A stretch of 64,000 nucleotides of DNA, from positions 327,298,001 to 327,362,000 of the forward strand of contig OZ024742.1 of the NCBI GenBank assembly GCA_964016885.1, read 5' to 3'. Below are positions 39,706-52,836 of the stretch, in pieces. Source of the DNA: Eledone cirrhosa (taxonomy: Eukaryota). Each line of letters opens with the position of its first letter. Positions within the stretch are counted from its first letter, which is position 1. The position numbers were made by a program, and so were the translations under genes. The notes beneath the pieces are model-generated. The model was not told the origin of the DNA. It saw only the letters and a program-made list of their open reading frames with translations, and did not search any database.

Positions 39706-40095
39706 GGCGGTGGATTGGCAGTATCGGTAGAGGGTCGGACGCCATGCTTTCCAGCATAGTTACGTCCCTTTACGAGCTGAGTTTAAATCCCGCCGAGGTT
39801 GACTTTGCCTTTCATCCTTACGGGGTCGATAAAATAAAGTACCAGTAATGCACTGGTTAATTGCTGGCCTTGTGCCTAAAGTAGAAACAATTATATAAAT
39901 TAAAAGGGCGGTGGATTGGCAGTATCGGTAGAGGGTCGGACGCCATGCTTTCCAGCATAGTTACGTCCCTTTACGATCTGAGTTCAAATCCCGCCGAGGT
40001 TGACTTTGCCTTTCATCCTTACGGGGTCGATAAAATAAAGTACCAGTAATGCACTGGTTAATTGCCGGCCTTGTGCCTAAAGTAGAAACAATTAT
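39706..40095 (+). mobile_element. Two tandem near-identical SINE copies
   Basis: attatataaattaaaa occurs before, between and after the copies. Confidence 0.92.
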
Positions 40096-40561
40096 ATAAA
40101 TTAAAAGAAGTCAGAATTTTAAACAGTAACTGTAGAACTGTGGACAAAGAACAGTCTAGAATATATTTCTATTTGTCATGGTTCTACACCACCAAATGAA
40201 ACCAATTTAATTAACCGTGATCACTACACCACACGCTCTTTAACAACTGCTCAGTTAATTATCATTATGAAACATAAGTTTTAGGGTTTCATTTTTTTTT
40301 ATATGTATGATTTTATGTGTTAAAAATAAATGTATTTTATCATAAATTTTATGTTTTTAATTTTATCTGGAAAATCCAAGTTGGATTTAATAAAATATGT
40401 TTGAAATTTAAAACTTAAAACTAAAACTGAATACTAACCAATACTTATTACTAATTTTTACTTATTCCTAATTAAACTATTTTTCACTGGGAACAATTTG
40501 TCAGCATTTTCTTTTCCTTTTACCAATATATCACAACTCGTGTGTTACACCTCTATTCTTT

Positions 40562-40606
<45 letters not shown>

Positions 40607-40614
40607 TATCATCA

Positions 40615-40673
<59 letters not shown>

Positions 40674-41202
40674 AAAAAGAAATACACAGATACATGCGAA
40701 TACATACATATACATGCATATACATGCATATACACACATATATCCCTGAATTTGTGTGGTGCTAACCTTAACCGTCGTTGCTCTATAATTAATAGGGACA
40801 AAATGATCTGAATGAATTAGATTGACCCTATATCAGAGCTATATGATACATTATAAAGAAAGAACAAATATTAGACATAAATAAAAAAAAATATAAATAC
40901 CCAATATTCCTCACCATTCTCGACTGTACAGTTTCGTGGGTACTTTGCAAAAACACTACATCATAGAGATGCAGTATTTCTGTGAGGTTTGCCAACTTAT
41001 CAAGAGAATACCTCATTTAAAGTTTCAAAATACGTCTGTAGTCTAGATATTAATACCCCCTCCGCCATTGTGGCATTTTCCTCTTGGTTGTAAGAGGCTT
41101 AACTCTGTTTCTTGACCGCTGTATCAGGTGATAAGTTCCTCCTCCGCCTTTCCGGGTTCTCTCTCGCGCCTTGCAGACGTATTTTGAAACTTTAAATGAG
41201 GT

Positions 41203-41295
41203 ATTCTCTTGATAAGTTGGCAAACCTCACAGAAATACTGCATCTCTATGATGTAGTGTTTTGCAAAGTAGCCACGAAACTGTACAGTCGAGAAT
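41203..41295 (+). ncRNA. Hammerhead ribozyme, U3-A8 variant (mirror copy 40916-41009, minus)
   Basis: attctc-UUGAUAA-stem II-GAAA-cuguacag-UC-gagaat. Confidence 0.8.
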
Positions 41296-41575
41296 GTAGG
41301 GGAATATTGGGTATTTATATATTTTTTTATTTATGTCTAATATTTCTTCTTTCTTTATAATGTATAATGTATTATATATATTCATTTTATTAAGACTAAA
41401 TAATGAGTCTAGTTACTCTGCAGTTTCACCTGTTTATCACAGGGTCATCAGATGACCCTGTGATAAACAGGTGAAACTACAGATAACAAGAGTCACTATT
41501 TAGCCTAAATAAAATGATTATTTAAATTCTACTTCGGTATGGAGTGTCCCTTTCTCTCAGCCATCAACCACATAT

Positions 41576-41699
<124 letters not shown>

Positions 41700-41779
41700 C
41701 TCAAGGGGTCAATTGGGGGTAACAACAGTAAGAAAGGTACTCAATACGTAGAGGAATATATATAAGATTTAATATAGAA

Positions 41780-41829
41780 ATGGCTTCTACAGGACTAAAA
41801 CTGTTTCATTCAAAGGAAATCATCAGGAA
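41780..41829 (-). ncRNA. Minimal hammerhead ribozyme with intact core, in fold-back 41761-41897
   Basis: ttc-CUGAUGA-tttcctttgaat-GAAA-cag..ctg-UA-gaagcc; same family as 3164-3218. Confidence 0.75.
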
Positions 41830-41891
41830 ATTATGATTTCCTTCGAATAAAGCAGTTCTAGTCCTGTAGAAGCCATTTCTATATTAAATCT

Positions 41892-41923
<32 letters not shown>

Positions 41924-42519
41924 AAATACATGTTATGTTGTTTCCTATTTCCAGGCATCACTCTCTTAGCAGTTGAAAAGGTCTTACAAAACACAAAATA
42001 ATGTTCATGTATAATGTTCATGTATAATGTTCACATATAGATATGTATGTATGGGTGTATGTGAATGATAGAATACTCAGTATTGTCCAAGTTGAGAAGT
42101 TGCTATCGATGGAACAGAGCACATATCTGTGCTATAGATATACACGAAATTTGAATACTAGATTTCATAATTTTAATAACCTTCCTCATGCTGTAGATAC
42201 TGTAAACTGGTTGGTGATAAGAATGGCATATAGCCAAACAAAGGATTGTGAAGATTCTTCAACTGTGCTATAGACATGACTACCTCTCTAGTATTTGTGC
42301 TATGATAAAATGCACTTGGTCATGTATGGGGTCGTATATAAATGAGTTGCAGGCTGCTGATGTGTCTAAGTATTTGGTAGGGTGCAGGAACATATGTAAA
42401 CGAGATGCAGACCCTGGCTCACTATATACCAACCTGTTCTGCTAGCAAGGAAAAAAGGATATTAAATGATGATGATGATGAATGTCAATGCGGAAATAGT
42501 TTTAATTAATGAAAGCTGT

Positions 42520-43030
42520 AAACATGTAGGGCAATGAAAATTGATGGAAGCTACGGAGTGGGTAGACCAAGAAAAACCTGGGATGTGGTGATAAAAACTG
42601 ACCTTGCTCACTTACACCTCTCTAAGACTGGATTGAGATCTTTGACATCATGCAGTTGTACAGAAGACCCAATTGCCCTTGCATACAAACCTACAGTTAG
42701 TAGGCACCTCTTAACCCAATGTACACCGCACCCCACACACCCTACCCCATCTTTCCTTTTCCATTCCATCCACTGTGTCGATGACACAACAGTTCACACT
42801 GTAAGGTGGTCATATAGGAGACACGGTAAAAAGGCTCCCAGTCCACACTGTAAATGTGGTTGGTGTTAGGAAGGGCATCTAGCTGTAAAATAAACCTGCC
42901 AGCGACACTTCAGTACAAGCGAGACATGGTCTCCTAACCATTCCTGCATCAAATGGAACAATACCATCTAATCCATGCTAGCATGGAAGATGGATGTTAA
43001 ATGATAATGATGATGAAGATGATGATGATG
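42520..43030 (+). mobile_element. RTE LINE 3' fragment
   Basis: GVGRPRKTWD, gttaggaagggcatc tail motif, (GAT)n end. Confidence 0.85.
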
Positions 43031-43333
43031 AAAATATTGAAGAAAATATTTTCTATTTTATCTGAAATTCATTTTTTTCTCAGAGGTGGCAGGGAAGTGC
43101 CAATAAACCATTTTCAGGGCCTCTGAGATGGGTTAGATGGAGAGAGGGTGGATGTATCCTCAATATAAATCCTATAAATATGGAAGACTACCTTGAAGTA
43201 ATTCATTCAGATATGTAAAACAAATATTTCTAATTTTTTAAGACACTGAATAAAAGTTTGGCATATGTCCAACCTTTTTTTTACATCACCAGCTCATATT
43301 TAAAAAGGAAAAGAAGGCCTCTTACAATATCAT

Positions 43334-43366
<33 letters not shown>

Positions 43367-44092
43367 GTTTTACATCTGTTTTACATGTTGGCAGTTCTGA
43401 CACATCTTGCTCATATATTTCATTTTGGCATGGTTTCTATGACTGGATGTCTTCCTTAACACCAACCACTTTAAAGTGAGTACTGAGTGTATTTTATCTG
43501 GTACTAGCACTAACACTTGTACTGCATGTATTTGGTTGTTGCACCAGCACTACCACTTTACAGATTCTTTTAGGTGCATTTTATCATTGCATCCGCACCA
43601 ACACTTATAGTATGTACATCGGTGCATTTTATCAACAATCAATCTAGAAGAGTATGTTCAGGTACTCAAGACTCAAAATAAAGAGTGTTACTGCTCACTA
43701 ATATTGCAATGAGTGTATTAAAGACTTGTTCATTACAGGTCTATAAATGAATTAGGCTATACTTGTTTAGCTGATAATATAAACACCAGTGGTAATTAAA
43801 AAAAAGTTTGATACAGATTTTATTGATCTCTATTTGTCTGACTGCTAAGTTATAAACAAACAACAGTGAAATATTGAGTTATGTAATTTGAAAATATTTG
43901 AAAATGTTAACAATTTTATTCAACTAAATTATAAGTATCTGTTTAATGAAAACATTTTGCTCCAAGAACAAATATATATAATGTTATTAATATCTCTAAC
44001 ATATGGTGTTTAGAATTAATTTTCTAATATTTAAACAGGTATTTTATATATATATTTCATTTTACGTCCACTTTTCCTTGCTTGCAAGGGTG

Positions 44093-44156
<64 letters not shown>

Positions 44157-44819
44157 TTCAAGAGTAACCAATCTTAAAGAGAGAGATGGAGATGGGAGAG
44201 GAGATAGGAGAGGATAGATTGGTGAATTAGTTAGAAGCCAAAGCGTAAAGGCATGTGCTCAATGTGCAATATGCAGTAGAAAGCAGCTAGGTGGCTGGGT
44301 TCATGCAGAAGTTAGGTGCGCAGAGCTGGAAATATTCATTAGTTAAGCAAAACAAGACCACAAATTTCACAAGGAAGACATTATTAAAATATTGTCAACA
44401 TATTTTAGTTTGATGTAAGGAATGTAGAGAATAATAATAATATTAATAATAATAATGTCCGTTTACAATTGTTTCGCTATTCCATATAATATTTCTGGAT
44501 CAGATGAGTATATATCATTATTGATCTGGTTCAGTTGAAAATAATTAACATATTTAAAAACAGAGCGGCTCATCGGAACTTCAAAGGAATATAAATTAAA
44601 ATAAGGAGAGAATGTTACATAATGTAGTGTTCCATATATTGGTGTTTCACTATGGTGTCCTGGTTGTATCAGTTGTCAGCCATAATCAAGCAGTATTCAT
44701 CTGTCGAGGCTGTATTGTGTGAGATCTGCCTATGGGTAACAAGATGGCCATCTTGTTACCCATAGGCATATTTGTGGTCTTGCTTTGCTTAACTAATGAA
44801 TATATATATATATATATAT

Positions 44820-44870
<51 letters not shown>

Positions 44871-45099
44871 CAGGGTGTTTCAAAATATTTAATATCATTT
44901 GACATTTTAATATCATTTGAGATGTAAATATTCCAGAAACTACAAGGTCTAGGACAACGAAACTAAGCAGGCTCCATGTTGAGTAACACAAGATTTATTC
45001 CTCAAAACATGTCCACGTTATAACATTAATTCACAATATATATTTCAATGTGACAACCTTGAGAACAGGTCATTGATATAAAAAATGTTGAAACACCTG
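44871..45099. mobile_element. Tc1/mariner-type MITE
   Basis: TIRs cagggtgtttcaa / ttgaaacacctg with TA flanks. Confidence 0.75.
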
Positions 45100-45393
45100 T
45101 ATATATAACAAAGAGGGTGTGGTAAGATACCAGGTGGAACAGAGTAAGATAACGCACCAGAGTACTCAATACTTAGGATAGTAGAGTGGGTAATAGGAAA
45201 AAATAGTCAGGACCCCAATGGCTGAGTTCCGGCCGTTTCGACAGCTAGATCCGAACTCAGTTCAGGGTTTGACTCTTTTCCTATATATATATATATATAT
45301 ATATATAGTAATAATAATAAATTTGAAGACTAAAATCCAAAGAGGGCTCGATAAGGATAAATATATATCAAATATATAAGAACCATAGAGCAA

Positions 45394-46889
45394 ATATTTA
45401 TTAAAATAACAGATTAAAGTTTAAGCAAAGAATCGCTGCTTTCACCCTTAACGGGATCTTCTGAAACTAACAAAGTCAATCTGTAAACGCAGAAGTGGAT
45501 ATTTCAAAAAACGTTGCAACCGGAGGAAGACAGGAAGACGATACTTTGGTTCGTGGAAACGTTCCCTGACAAAGAACGAGAAAAAACGAATATTTTACGT
45601 CATTAATAGGAGCTGTGAAAAACAATTACGCGCAAAGTCAGAACCACGTTTATGGTATAAAAGAGGTCGTAGACTAATGTTCTCTTAGGTGGTTCATAGA
45701 GACGTTCTCTGGCAATGAACGAAAAAAACGAAGATAATACGTCATATGTGGATCGTGGAGAACAATTGCACGCAAAGACAAAACCACGTAAATGGTATAG
45801 CAGAAGTCGTAGACTAAAATTCTAACTAGGAGACCGAATGAATCTCCGCTTCAGAGTTAAGAACAAAGTAAATAAATACAATAAAGAGGTAATAGAAATT
45901 AAATAAATACATACACGCATAGAAATACGTACATACACAAGCATACACGAAAACACTTACCATAGGTATACAAAACCACGCACATATAATATGTGTGTGT
46001 GTGTATGCGTGTATACAAATAAATAAATAATTAAATAAACGTATATAAATAAATAAATACGTATATCACAAAAACACACACATACCTACATGTAAATACA
46101 CAAATGTTCGGAGACGTAAGTCAACCAAAACATGAAGTACACATATACACACACCCTACATACGTACGAACCTGCATACTCACACAGACGCAAAACGCCC
46201 GTATACACATAACCAAACCATATGTACCAGAAAATATAAAATTATACGCCATAACATATACAATCAAATATACGTACGAGAAGGTAATCGTACCTTCACA
46301 AAACATACAGGTAATATATACTTATGCTTGTGTATAATATATACGTATGCTTGTGTATGTACGTATTTCTATGCGTGTATGTATTTATTTAATTTCTATT
46401 ACCTCTTTATTGTATTTATTTACTTTGTTCTTAACTCTGAAGCGGAGATTCATTCGGTCTCCTAGTTAGAATTTTAGTCTACGACTTCTGCTATACCATT
46501 TACGTGGTTTTGTCTTTGCGTGCAATTGTTCTCCACGCTCCACATATGACGTATTATCTTCGTTTTTTTCGTTCATTGCCAGAGTACGTCTCTATGAACC
46601 ACCTAAGAGAACATTAGTCTACAACCTCTTTTATACCATAAACGTGGTTCTGTCTTTGCGCGTAATTGTTTTTCACAGCTCCTATTAATGACGTATTATA
46701 TTCGTTTTTTCCCGTTCTTTGCCAGGGAACGTTTCCACGAACCAAAGTATCGTCTTCCTGTCTTCCTCCGGTTGCAACGTTTTTTGAAATATCCACTTCT
46801 GCGTTTACAGATTGACTTTGTTAGTTTCAGAAGATCCCGTTAAGGGTGAAAGCAGCGATTCTTTGCTTAAACTTTAATCTGTTATTTTA

Positions 46890-46897
<8 letters not shown>
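45394..46897. mobile_element. Non-coding element with ~550-bp inverted arms and terminal hammerhead variants
   Basis: 45394-45947 is nearly the reverse complement of 46345-46897; ~140-bp internal tandem repeat; flanked by (TA)n. Confidence 0.85.
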
Positions 46898-46952
<55 letters not shown>

Positions 46953-47228
46953 TGATATTATGACACAGTAATGCTCTGGGTAATTGCTGGCCTTGTGCCA
47001 AAAGTAGATACAATTATGACAATCATTTTTAATATCTAATATATTTCCCAGTGTTTATATATGCATCCCTACATGGACACACTAGAAGAGGAAGACCAAG
47101 GTTAACGTATGTTGATGCCCTAAGGACAGACACTGGTCTGTTGGAGATGCAGGACATGGCAGCGATAATGAGGGGCAGAGACCGCTGGAGAGAACTCGTC
47201 CATGGATCTCGGGAATTTTACCCGCCTT

Positions 47229-47382
<154 letters not shown>

Positions 47383-47387
47383 ATATA

Positions 47388-47725
47388 TAGTGGTTAGAGC
47401 ATTGGCCTTGCAATCGAAAGGTTGTGAGCTCAATTCTCAGACTGGGTGATGTGTTGTTTCCTTTAGCAAGACACTTTATTTCACATTTCAGCTGCAGAAA
47501 TGAGACCACTTTGCAGTGGAATGATAGGGACCCTGGTCCCTATCATTCCACTGCAAAGTGGTCGTGGAGGTGCCAGGGCAAAAACGCACCCAGCACTCAC
47601 TGTAAATGAGGTTGGTGTTAGGAAGGGCATCCAGCTGTAGAAATCAAGCCAGAGTCAGTTACCGTCCCACCCTTGCAAGCAGGGAAAAGAGGACGTAAAA
47701 TGAAATGATGATGATGATGATGATA
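47388..47725 (+). mobile_element. CORE-like tRNA SINE with RTE-derived tail (fuller copy on minus at 57565-57958)
   Basis: tRNA head, ccttgagcaagacactt core, RTE tail motif, (GAT)n end. Confidence 0.8.
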
Positions 47726-48024
47726 TACACTCAGGTGCAAATACTCAAGGTAAATTATGGGTATCTGCAATAATATTCAGAGCATAGTGTATGAGATACA
47801 TCTTACAAGAGAGATTTTTCTTAAGTTTGTTTAAAATTCAGTCCTTTTGCTGAGATATCTGATGTATGTGTGTGTCTGTATGTGTTTTGTATATATATAT
47901 GTGTGTGTGTGTGTGTATATGTATATATGTATGTATATATATATTTATATGTGTGTATGTATGTGTATATATATTTATGTGTGTGTATGTATGTGTATAT
48001 ATATTTGTGTGTGTGTGTGTGTAT

Positions 48025-48961
48025 GCTTTGCCGTTCATGTATATTACTATTACACATCCAACGGAGCAATCATGTTTCATTCCTCTCCAGTCTGCATAGG
48101 TACTCTGCACACAATGCCCAGGTCTCACTGCCATGTAACATTGATGTTCGTATACAGGCATCATACAGTCTGCCTTTCATTTTTAGAGAGAAACTTTTAG
48201 TGGCCAATAGTGGTATAAGCTCTCTGAACTTTTTCCATCCTGTTCTGATTCTGGCTACTGTACTTTCAGAGCACCCCCCCCCCCCCACCACCACTGCTGA
48301 TTTTGTCACCCAGGTAACGGAAGGTGTCCACTATTTCTATAGAACCATCTGGGCAATAGAAGAGGCTAGTATCCTGTGGGCACTTGCTACTTATTGCACG
48401 TGAGCACCGGCCACATATAAAATCTATGTTCTAAAATAGCTTACCTGTGATCCCACTACATCTTTTATGTACCCATAGTTTGCATTTTGGACATAAAATG
48501 GAATTTCTGCCTATTCCTTTCCTACACATTGAGCATGGCCATTTCCCAGAGGGCACCTGTGCCCTATTTTCCTTTTTACATATTAGAACTTTAGTCTTAG
48601 ACAAGTTACCTTTAAGGCCTTTTGATTTTAGACCTTGCTTCCATGATTAGAATTTTTTCTCTAGTTCAGCTATCGATTCAGCTATGAGAGTTAGATCATC
48701 TGCGTATAGAAGTTCCCATGGGCAGCCGGTCTTGAACTCCTCCGTTATAGCCTGAAGGGCAATAATAAACAGGAGGGTCTAAGGACAGAGCCTTGATGAA
48801 CACCAACTTTTATGCTAAATTCTTCACTAAATTCATTGTTAATTCTAACCTTGCTGACTGTTTCTTTATACTTGGCTTGTATAGCTCTCACAAGCCATTC
48901 ATCAACACCTAGTTTTCTAAGAGCCCACCAGATAATGGAGCGAGGGACTCTGTCAAAGGCT

Positions 48962-48965
<4 letters not shown>
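48025..48965 (-). pseudogene. RTE LINE RT region with PHD-like Cys cluster
   Basis: [53 protein letters not shown]. Confidence 0.9.
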
Positions 48966-49019
<54 letters not shown>

Positions 49020-49076
49020 ATATATATATGATGGCTGCAAATTTGTGTTCGAGCATTGCCATCGCCCGATAAAATG

Positions 49077-49520
49077 CTAAAAAATGTGTCTCTTTAAACC
49101 AGCCAAAGACTTGTACCCTCTGGTACATACATGGCAACTGTAGGCTCCTCCAGGAATTTCCGTTGGTTTGTTCTGGCTATGTGTTCTCATGTATCTTTTA
49201 AACCCTCCCATGCGAGCACATCCCTTGCCACATTCCTTATACCTTTTCAGATCATAATCTACATGAGGTCTACTGATATGACTTTGTTCGTGTCTAGTCA
49301 AACCAGCTTTATTCAGGCAGACTCGACCACAGTGCAGGCAAACCAGATGATGTTCAACAGTAGGCAGTTCAGAACAGTCTCTTTTCCTTACTTTCCTTTT
49401 CAATGTTAGGTGTTCTCTCCGACAAGTTTCAAAGGGTTCACTACCTGACTTGATCAAACAGTTCCACTTCACTCACTCCTCAGCTATCTTCTCCAATTCG
49501 TCAGATGAAATTCCAGCACA
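49077..49520 (-). pseudogene. RTE(BovB)-like ORF2 C-terminus with three C2H2 fingers
   Basis: LEKIA..KWNCLIKSG..FE..R..KRK, then CLHC..RHEQSH, YKEC..YMRTH and CHVC..KRH. Confidence 0.7.
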
Positions 49521-49554
49521 AGCCAAGGTGCCCCTGACACAGTCCCGTTACCGC

Positions 49555-49612
<58 letters not shown>

Positions 49613-49639
49613 CGTAGTATATATATACACACACAGACA

Positions 49640-49792
49640 CATACACATGTTGGGCTTACGCTCAGCTTCCATCTACCAAATTTCACTCGCAAAGCATTGG
49701 TCAAGTAACAGCTATTGTAGAACACATTTGCCTAAAGTAGCTCACAGTGGGGCTGAAATCAAAACGATGTGGTTGTGAAAAAAACATTTTAG

Positions 49793-49795
<3 letters not shown>
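49640..49795 (-). mobile_element. Third SINE family fragment
   Basis: ttaggcaaatgtgttctac..tttggtagatggaagctga, ending in (GT)n. Confidence 0.55.
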
Positions 49796-49854
<59 letters not shown>

Positions 49855-50409
49855 TATCCATGTGTGTATGTATGTGTATATATGTATGTGTGTATGGGGG
49901 AGGAGAAGTGGTTAAGAGCTGACATGGCTATTTATAGTGTTGAATTGTTTGTAATGTTATATTACTGGTGACAATAAAGATTTCTAGTATTGTATTCTAT
50001 CATTGGTGGTGATTAGCCAATGAAATCAGCTCTGAAATTTCAAACTGTAATCCTTTCCCTCATCCTGTGTTTGACCCAGAATTTCCCAAAGTTAATTCCT
50101 TCCACTACATTTTCACATTATAGCTAATGTCTCTTTGATGACTAGCACCCTATTCAAATTTTTTGATATATCAGATAGCACAAACAGCAGCAAAGTTTCG
50201 CGGTAAATTATCTGGATGAGAGTGTAGGGGGGGGGGGGGGGTTTAGAGAAAATGCCGGCCAACAACAGTAGCATCAAATAAAAAACAGCCAAAATAATTG
50301 GTCCTAGGATGTTATATATATTTGGGGATACTAACGTGCCATTTAGTAAAATATCCTTTGTTATTATAGTCAATTATATATTCATAATTATGTTTATATT
50401 ATGCTATAG

Positions 50410-50499
<90 letters not shown>

Positions 50500-50510
50500 A
50501 CACATAAGCA

Positions 50511-50553
<43 letters not shown>

Positions 50554-50664
50554 ACACATAAGCATGATATATATCTGTATCTGCGTATATTTATGTGGGT
50601 ATTTATATATGTGTATGTGTATATATATATGTGTGGATATATATATCTGTGTATATATATATAT

Positions 50665-51372
50665 GTTGATAAGTAGAAAGGCGGACAAAACTCTGATTCC
50701 ATCAGGGAAATGGCCATGTTCGATATGTAGAAAAAGAGCTGGCATAAATTCTGTAAAATGTAAACAATGCAGTACACAAGAGATGTAGTGGGAGAGCAGG
50801 CAAACTAACAGGTAGGGAAAAATACATATGCAGTAGATGTACAGGAAAACTCTACAGTAGAATTTGCAGTGATAGATATATTTTTCAAATGCAGGTAGGT
50901 TCTATAGAAGTGGTTGATAGCTTCCGGTACGCAGATGATTAGATTAGCAAGGGAAGGGGGTGGTCCAAGGCCATAGTATCCAGAAAAAGGATGGGTTGGA
51001 AGAAGTTTAGGGAGCTGCTTCCTCTGTTGACAAAGAAGGGTTTCTCCCTGCATATGAAAGGCCGGTTATATGATGCCTATGTGAGATGCGCGATGCTGCA
51101 TGGTAGTGAGACATGGGCAGCAACTACGGAGGATATACGATGGTTGGAGAGAAATGAAGCAAGCATGCTCTGTTGGATGTGTAATGTCAATGTGCATGAA
51201 TGACCAAGCATAGATGAGTTGAGAGAGAAACTGTATAAGTTGTAGTGTGCAGGAGATAAGGCTGAGATCTGATGCACATGGAGGATGACCGCTGGGTAAA
51301 GAAGTGCCAAGAAACCCTAGTAGAGGAAGGCCACAAAAAGAATGGGCGGAGGTGGTGAAAGCAGACCTCAAA
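50665..51372 (+). pseudogene. Degenerate RTE LINE ORF2 fragment
   Basis: [28 protein letters not shown]. Confidence 0.85.
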
Positions 51373-51579
51373 GAAACTTTAAGAGGTGCCTACTGACTGT
51401 AGTAGGTTTCACTTTGCACTTAGGTAAGGCGGGTCTTCTCTATTACTATGTAGCGCCAAAGATCTCGGTCCAGTGACAAAGGATCGTGACAAGTGGAGAG
51501 ATGCTGCGCTGAATAGGATCCGTCCCACCCTTGCAAGGGAAAAGCGGATGTAAAATGATGATGATGATGATATATATAG

Positions 51580-51580
51580 T

Positions 51581-51613
<33 letters not shown>

Positions 51614-52636
51614 GTTTAACGTCCATATTCCACGCTTGCATGGGTTTGGACGGGAGTTTTCCCACTTGAGGCAAGAGTGGTTGTCTTGCTCGCATAGGAC
51701 TGTCTGGCGGGTTTTCTACGGCTGGATACCCTTCCTAACACCAACCACATTTACAGTGTGGAACTGGGAGGTTTTTACCGTGTTACCTACACGGCCACAT
51801 TACAGCGTGGACTGTGTGTTTTTTTGTCGTGACACCTACACGACCTCATTTGTTTCGGGCTGGATGTTGTGGTACCGACATAACTTTACATTGAAAGGGG
51901 TGGTGTGGATGGGGTGGGGTAGTGGGACGGGGTGTATATTTGGTTAAGAGGTGCCTACTGACTGTAGTAGGTTTCACTTTGCACGTAGGTAAGGCGGGTC
52001 TTCTCTATTACTGTGTAGCGCCAAAGATCTCGGTCCAGTGACATTGTCTTGGAGAGGTGTAAGTGTGTGAGGTCGGAATTTATCACATCGTCCCAGGTTT
52101 TTCTGGGTCTGCCTACTCCGTGGCTACCGTCTGTTCTTATTGCCCTGCACTTTTTTATACAGCTGTCGTCTTTCATGCGCATCACGTGACCATACCAACG
52201 TAGTCTTCTCTCGAGTAAACAACATCTGATCCCTCTTATTCCTAATTTCTACCTTAGTTCGTTTATGCTTTGCCGTTCACGTATATTACTATTACACATC
52301 CCACGGAGCATGCAAGCTTCGTTCCTCTCCAGTCTGCGTATATCCTCTGCACACAATGCCCAGGTCTCACTGCCATGCAACATTGCTGTTCGTATGCAGG
52401 CATCATACAGCCTGCCTTTCCTTTTTAGAGAGAACCCTTTAGCGGCCAATAGTGGTATAAGCTCTCTGAACTTTTTCCATCCCGTTCTGACTCTAGCTAC
52501 TGTACTTTCAGAGCACCCTCCCCCACTGCTGATTTTGTCACCCAGGTAACGGAAGCTGTCCACTATTTCTATAGAACCATCTGTGCAATGGAATGAGTTA
52601 GGATTGTGTGGGCACTTGCTGCTACTTATTGCACCA

Positions 52637-52637
<1 letters not shown>
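51580..52637 (-). mobile_element. RTE LINE 3' portion
   Basis: FRYLGD..GGGC, RRLRWYGHV, GRPRKTW, 3'UTR and (GAT)n tail; extra fragment at 51380-51480. Confidence 0.92.
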
Positions 52638-52702
<65 letters not shown>

Positions 52703-52736
52703 CCCATGCTAGCGTGGAAGAACGGACGTAAAACGA

Positions 52737-52836
<100 letters not shown>

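Noticed and set aside
43084-43197. Possible plus-strand 114-nt exon (RWQGSANKP..EDYLE) with AG/GT ends
   Set aside because: Weak donor, no recognisable protein similarity, could be old repeat sequence; needs RNA-seq
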